Assembly (NCBI GenBank): GCA_964016885.1
Contig: OZ024744.1
Coordinates: 87,172,001 to 87,236,000 of the forward strand
Direction: 5' to 3'
Source: Eledone cirrhosa
Taxonomy: Eukaryota
Length of the DNA stretch: 64,000 nucleotides
Positions 58,463 through 64,000 of the stretch are shown piece after piece (position 1 is the first letter of the stretch; each line of letters starts with the position of its first letter). The position numbers were made by a program, and so were the translations under genes. The notes below the pieces were generated by a model. That model ran no database searches. It was not told the DNA's origin and saw only the letters and a program-made list of their open reading frames with translations.

Positions 58463-58854
58463 TAATCTAGTACTATTTATACTCTAACTAATATTGACTA
58501 TACTCTAACCAATATTGACTGTACCCTAATATTGCCTGTAACCTTACTTCTATCAGTTATACTCTACCTTATGTTAACGATCCACTAATTAATATTGATT
58601 ATACGCGAACTTATATTGAATATGCCCCAACTAATATTGTCTAAGCCCTAATTTATATCAACTAGAACTTAACTAAAATTTACTTATCTCTCACTAATCG
58701 TAACAATACTCTACATAATCTTGCTTCTACCCTAACAAATATTGATTATAACCTAACAAATCTTGACTATAGCCTATCTCAATGACTATAAGCTGACCAA
58801 TCTTAATTATACACAAACCAATTTTATACTATATTCTATTTAATATTTACCATA

Positions 58855-59190
58855 GGCGGCGGTTTGGCAGAGTCGTTAGAACGTCGGATAGAATGTTTTA
58901 TAGTATTCATTCCGACTCTCTGCTCTCTGAGTTCAAATCCCACCGAGGTCAACTTTGCCTTTCATCATTTCAAGGTCGATAAAAAAAAGTACCAGTCTAG
59001 TACTGGGGTCGATTCTTCCTCTAATATCTCTTTCTCGTTTTCTTTCTCTCGCTTTCTATCTTTGTCTGGAAGAAATCTGCTGTACTCAGGCGTGGAGCGG
59101 GATGGGCTGGCTCTGCCAGGTTTAAAATGCCAATGAAACACCGTATGTCAATACGGCGTCCCTACGACTCTATCAGGAGTTACGGTATCA
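58855..59190 (+). mobile_element. SINE family A variant with extended tail
   Basis: Matches the reverse complement of 8690-9010. Confidence 0.75.
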
Positions 59191-59367
59191 TACATACATA
59201 CAAACCGTAACTAATATAAACAAACTATACTCGAATTAATATTGACTGCACCTATATTAGAATATACAGTATATATTAGAAATATATACTGTATATTTAT
59301 ACTTCTAAATTAGTAAAGATAATCATATCATACAGATGTTCTCATCCAGTATTATTTGGTATTAAAG

Positions 59368-59515
59368 AGCGGTGACGTGGTAGAGCGTCAGACGCCAAGC
59401 TTTGCACCATAGAGTTAGGACCCTTTACGTTCTGAGTTCAAAACCTTGCCTTTCATCCTTAGGGGGTCGATAAAATAAAGTACCAGTAATACACTACGAT
59501 AATTTCAGAAACAAT
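59368..59515 (+). mobile_element. SINE family A (deleted)
   Basis: Family match. Confidence 0.78.
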
Positions 59516-59631
59516 TGTTTGGTATTAAAACCAATGACGTGGCTAGAAAAAAAAAAAACATTGTATAAAGATAGACAAACACATATCGAAACAGTGACTA
59601 TAGTAAATAATAGCAAATCACTTGCACGCGC

Positions 59632-59682
<51 letters not shown>

Positions 59683-60289
59683 GGGAAACGTTGACCTTTC
59701 ATTATTCCATTATTCGAAATTCGTTCAAAGAATTCTAGTGATGGTCAATCATCTTTAGTTACCGGGGTTAGAAAGTCTGTCTGTGATTGATTGTTGGATT
59801 AAATAAGGAGGGAATATTGGAAAAATCCTTTTGTTTCGTAATGTTGTATGTGTACTTGCGTGTATGGGTTTTGTTGGTGTCTTTGTGCTTAGGGGTTAAT
59901 AGATATTTAATGGGTATGATGGGTATGGGGATGTTATGCATAAATAATTATCTGTAAAGAAGTTTAAGATTGACTATCTCAAGTGTTTCTATTGTCATGT
60001 CATTGAAGGGGCTTGCTAGTGATACATAAATAACTTTAATATGTATTTTCGTGTTGGTAGTTGATCGAATTGGTTTACGGTTACGTGCAATTTTAGTGGG
60101 GGTGGTAAAATTTAGTGCTTATTTATTTGAAAAAAAAAATTAAGTGATTAATGAATGTTTAAAGGAATATTAAAAGCATATACTATATATATACCTACAT
60201 ACACACGCAGTCAAAGGTACATAGACAGTTATAGATATACATACATATGCATGCATATCTCGCTCTCTCGCTTTATCTATCTATCATTC

Positions 60290-60488
60290 GCACCGTTTCC
60301 TTTCGCTATATGTCTCTCCACCACTCCCCTACAGACCCTTTGAACTCTGTTCCCACACACTTCTCACCTGAGGAAGGGCTTATGCCCGAAACGTCGTCCC
60401 CCACCAACACCCCACTCTCCAGAGCGTGAAATTAATAAACATTCGTTGTACTGCCTCTCTGTTTCGTCCCTGTTCAAATTTTTCCATT
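60290..60488 (+). mobile_element. Penelope-like pseudo-LTR with HHR-like core (family H)
   Basis: CTGAGGA (60368) aGGGC ttat GCCC GAAA cgtcgtc, then AATAAA. Confidence 0.7.
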
Positions 60489-60529
60489 ATATATATATAT
60501 ATATATATAAACTTTAATCTGTTATTTTA

Positions 60530-60657
<128 letters not shown>

Positions 60658-61149
60658 AATTAAGGTTTAGCAAATAAGAAAAAGTTTTAAAATAAATTTT
60701 AAAAAGTTCACTGTACCCGCTGTAATTACCCTCACCGCGCGGTTTCAAGTCTCAAAATAAATGGATAATCCATGAGGAAATCCATTGAGAAGAAGACATT
60801 TGTCAGAAGGTTCTTCTCACTCGGAGAATATAAAATTCCCGAGTTCAAATCACGAACTGGCGCCATACAGAACTGTTCCCGAGATGAGAGTGTATGATGA
60901 AGAAACAATTTTGTCTAGTGCCGTGTGTAAAGATAGAAGGCAGGTGCGGAAAGGTCAATGTACTGCCACTAGAAATAGCAGCAGTTAAAACGACCAAAAT
61001 GTTATCTCGACCAGGGAGATTAATAATAATAAAGTATAATGCATATAGGGACACATGTATTATCCAACCGTATGCCAATGTGGTTCTATGGCAGGTTAAT
61101 AAATTAACGAGCCAGAACATATATAATCAAGGTTTAGCAAACAAGAAAA

Positions 61150-62153
61150 AACATCGAAAATTCCACATCCTTATAAATGGGCTCAACACGAATATTTATT
61201 TTACAATGGAATACAGCCATCAACAACTCCCCATCCTCGACATCCTCATTAAGATTCATAACAAAAAAATAGAAACAGACATATACTACAAGCCCACAGA
61301 CTCCAAGCAATATCTTCCTTTCAATTCATGTCACCCTAGACACGTTAAAATTAATATTCCCTACAACTTAGCCAAGAGAATCTGCACTATAGTTTCAAAT
61401 AAAAACACATGTTACTTACGTCTACAAGATCTAAAGGACACACTCATAAGCAGGGACTACCCTGCATCACTAATTGACAATGTAATCCAACGTGCCCTGA
61501 AACTCAATACCCAGGACCTTAGACACCCTAAAGTTAATCAACCGAAACTAAAAGCACTTCCATACATCTCCACACACAACACCCTCAACAATGAGGCCTT
61601 TGAAACCATCCTCCAGAAACATCCATAGAATGAACCAAATCCTTCGAACACACGATATCATAAAGAGCAAAAGACAATCTAAGTCAATGAAAAACATCCT
61701 AACACATGCCAAAGTACTGCCCTCCACAACAACGAAACCCACAGTAAAACAATGCGATAGAACCAACTGTGGTATATGCATCAATCTAATAGAGGGTTCG
61801 GTATTCTATTTCAAACAAGGACAACGTTTTATAGTAAAACACAATTTCACATGCGCATCAGAAAACCTAATATATGTATTAACTTGCTCAGGTTGTCGCG
61901 AACAATACATAGGCAAGACTAAAAACAGCCTCCGCCAACGCATGACTGTCCATAGATCCCAAATTAAAATACAGGAATACAGAAAAAATAACACTGAGTG
62001 AACACATTGATACCTGTGCCGCCCAAAATCATCCCAACTTTAGAATCTTTCCCCCTCTACAAATTTAAGGATAATGCCACCCACACCCAGCGCATCTGCA
62101 AGGAATCTCACTTTATTAACAAATACGGACCCCGTCTAAACACTTCTTCCTAA
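61150..62153 (+). mobile_element. Penelope-like element, Neptune type: RT C-terminus, Cys linker and GIY-YIG endonuclease, frameshifted
   Basis: IYFTME, LPILDI, TDIYYKPTD..QYL.FNSCHP, IPYNLAKRI, CDRTNCGIC, FTCASENLIYVLTCSGCREQYIGKT..LRQRM..H, ESHFINKYGPRLN. Confidence 0.92.
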
Positions 62154-62602
62154 GACGAACCCACAACATACACACGTTGACATACATACTTACATCAGCA
62201 TACATCCTACATACATGTCTATCCACATATAAACACAATGACATACGTAAACACATGTTCTATGGTGCAACACAAATATACACAAATTCGCATACCTTTT
62301 GATGTTTATAGATATACACGTGCCGATGCGCACACATACACACACATGTATTGCACATTGATGGGTGCATACATATTTGTACACAAGTATCCCATACGGC
62401 AGTGCCTAATGGATTCCCCTTGCAGTACGTGCAATCTGGACTCACACACGGCTTGTTGTTATGACAATACTATACATCATTTCACCTCTTTTATTATTGA
62501 TATTATTGATGTTCTTTTGAGAGAATCGTTTGTTTTCGCAAATGACTGAAAATGTCGAATAATGTAAGCCATTTTTACCAGTATCACAAAATACTGGTCA
62601 AT

Positions 62603-62659
<57 letters not shown>

Positions 62660-62800
62660 CATACGCACGCGTACACTAACATACATACCCCCCCCCCCAC
62701 ACACACACACACATTTGTCTTAATAGAGACCTGAACTGTTGACTCTCAACATGACTGCAACTCAATCAAGCGGAAAAGGACACTCTTCGACAAACAAACA

Positions 62801-62913
62801 TTTGGCGCGAAACCAGTTCGTGCTAAAATCAATTTAAACATTCACGTGACTTCTACCGACCAATCAAAATTGTTTTCGCTACAAGAATTTTTGCAACACG
62901 AATTGGCGCGAAA
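62801..62913. promoter_or_regulatory. Candidate cell-cycle promoter: two E2F sites, E-box, CCAAT
   Basis: TTTGGCGCGAAA 62801-62812, TCACGTGA 62842-62849, CCAAT 62860-62864, ATTGGCGCGAAA 62902-62913. Confidence 0.55.
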
Positions 62914-63230
62914 TTTATAGTGCTTATTCACAGACATTCAACAACCAACCAAATCTTAATACCTCCCAAGCCACTTTTTTCACATAAAACAGGAAGAATT
63001 TCCAAAACTGATCAGATTAGAGCAAAAATCACGAGCACTCTATCTGAAAATTATTTTTGAAAAGCATAAGAAATGCGCAACGGGTAAAAACTTAAAACTA
63101 AAACTGAATACTAACTAATACTTATTACTAATTTATACTTATTCCTAATTAAACTATTTTTCACTAGGAAAAATTTGTCAGCTTTTTCTTTTCCTTTTAT
63201 CAGAACTCGTGTATCACACCTCTATTAAAA

Positions 63231-63261
<31 letters not shown>

Positions 63262-63264
63262 TTA

Positions 63265-63470
63265 TAAAATAACAGGAGGCCGGACTGGTGTAATTCCTTA
63301 AAGGTTTATTATGCTATGAACATTCCAATGACTGGGCTCAGTATGAATCCGGTTACATCATCAGGTATTCGAAATTTAACAAAGGAATATAATCCATGGG
63401 GCTGAAAAGGCAGAGAGACGAGAAGGCGGCCACACATTTAGTAGTTTCAAGTTCGGTCGGCCGCCTTCAA
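63265..63470 (-). mobile_element. HHR family F single-arm copy
   Basis: Colinear with 37330-37530; tcatcaggtat core on the minus strand. Confidence 0.78.
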
Positions 63471-63490
63471 GTGCGTGTATAATTATACAC

Positions 63491-63554
<64 letters not shown>

Positions 63555-63609
63555 GTGCGCGCGTGTGTATGCGTGTGTGTGTGTGTGTGCGTGTGCGCGC
63601 GCGTGTGTA

Positions 63610-63689
<80 letters not shown>

Positions 63690-63691
<2 letters not shown>

Positions 63692-63866
63692 GGGTACAAT
63701 CGGGGGTAACCACAGTAAATAACGCACTCTCAATACATAACGGAGTATACATTTTTAACATAGAAATGTCTTTTACAGGACTAGAACTGTTTCATTCGAA
63801 GGAAATGACCCAGATGCTTTCCTTCAAATGAATCAGTTCTAGTCCTGTAGAAGTCATTTCTATATT
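63690..63866. mobile_element. HHR family B fold-back element
   Basis: tacaggactagaactgtttcatt inverted with aatgaatcagttctagtcctgtag; tail toward 63690. Confidence 0.78.
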
Positions 63867-64000
63867 ATTAATATACACACACACATATATATATAAATAA
63901 AATATAGAGTTAATAACTCATATAGATACCCTGCAATTAACAATCTCAAAGTATAAATACTGAGCATTATAATATTATTATGTGTAGAAGTAAACACAGT

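Larger units (their letters stand above)
56320..58850. repeat. Degenerate ~20-21-bp minisatellite (approximately ACTAATATTRACTATACCCTA) with inserted elements
   Basis: Recurrent ctaatattaactata / taatcttgactata at a ~21-nt period. Confidence 0.8.

Noticed and set aside
59760-60110. Possible minus-strand PLE RT thumb remnant (FPPYLIQQSI)
   Set aside because: Too degraded to support by eye
60894-61150. N-terminal part of ORF 60894-61628
   Set aside because: PLE RT similarity starts only near 61150; the upstream part is read-through from an unrelated inserted unit

Overview
Eukaryotic, AT-rich, repeat-saturated DNA with no recognisable intact host gene. The dominant tRNA-derived SINE and the microsatellite load resemble a coleoid cephalopod (Octopus-like) genome; this is an inference. 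Almost all ORFs in the supplied track are microsatellite artefacts. The real coding remnants are all transposon-derived: two R4/Dong-type RLE LINEs, two Tx1/L1 LINEs, RTE-clade fragments, CRE-like RLE fragments, a mariner transposase and a Neptune-type Penelope-like element (RT + GIY-YIG). There are also more than 25 SINE copies, hAT and mariner MITEs and a degenerate ~21-bp minisatellite. The most striking signal is non-coding. From about 14 to 64 kb the (TA)n tracts are colonised by at least eight unrelated short element families carrying hammerhead-ribozyme (HHR) cores (CUGANGA...GAAA...UH), and most sit in fold-back palindromes. In several families the fold-back axis falls at HHR stem II, which suggests cDNA snap-back self-priming during integration. 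Seven short elements (four of these families plus three others) share an ATYGAGYNC motif 28-47 nt from their 3' junction. A candidate E2F/CCAAT/E-box host promoter lies at about 62.8-63.1 kb. All coordinates and pairings were read by eye; no folding program or database search was run.
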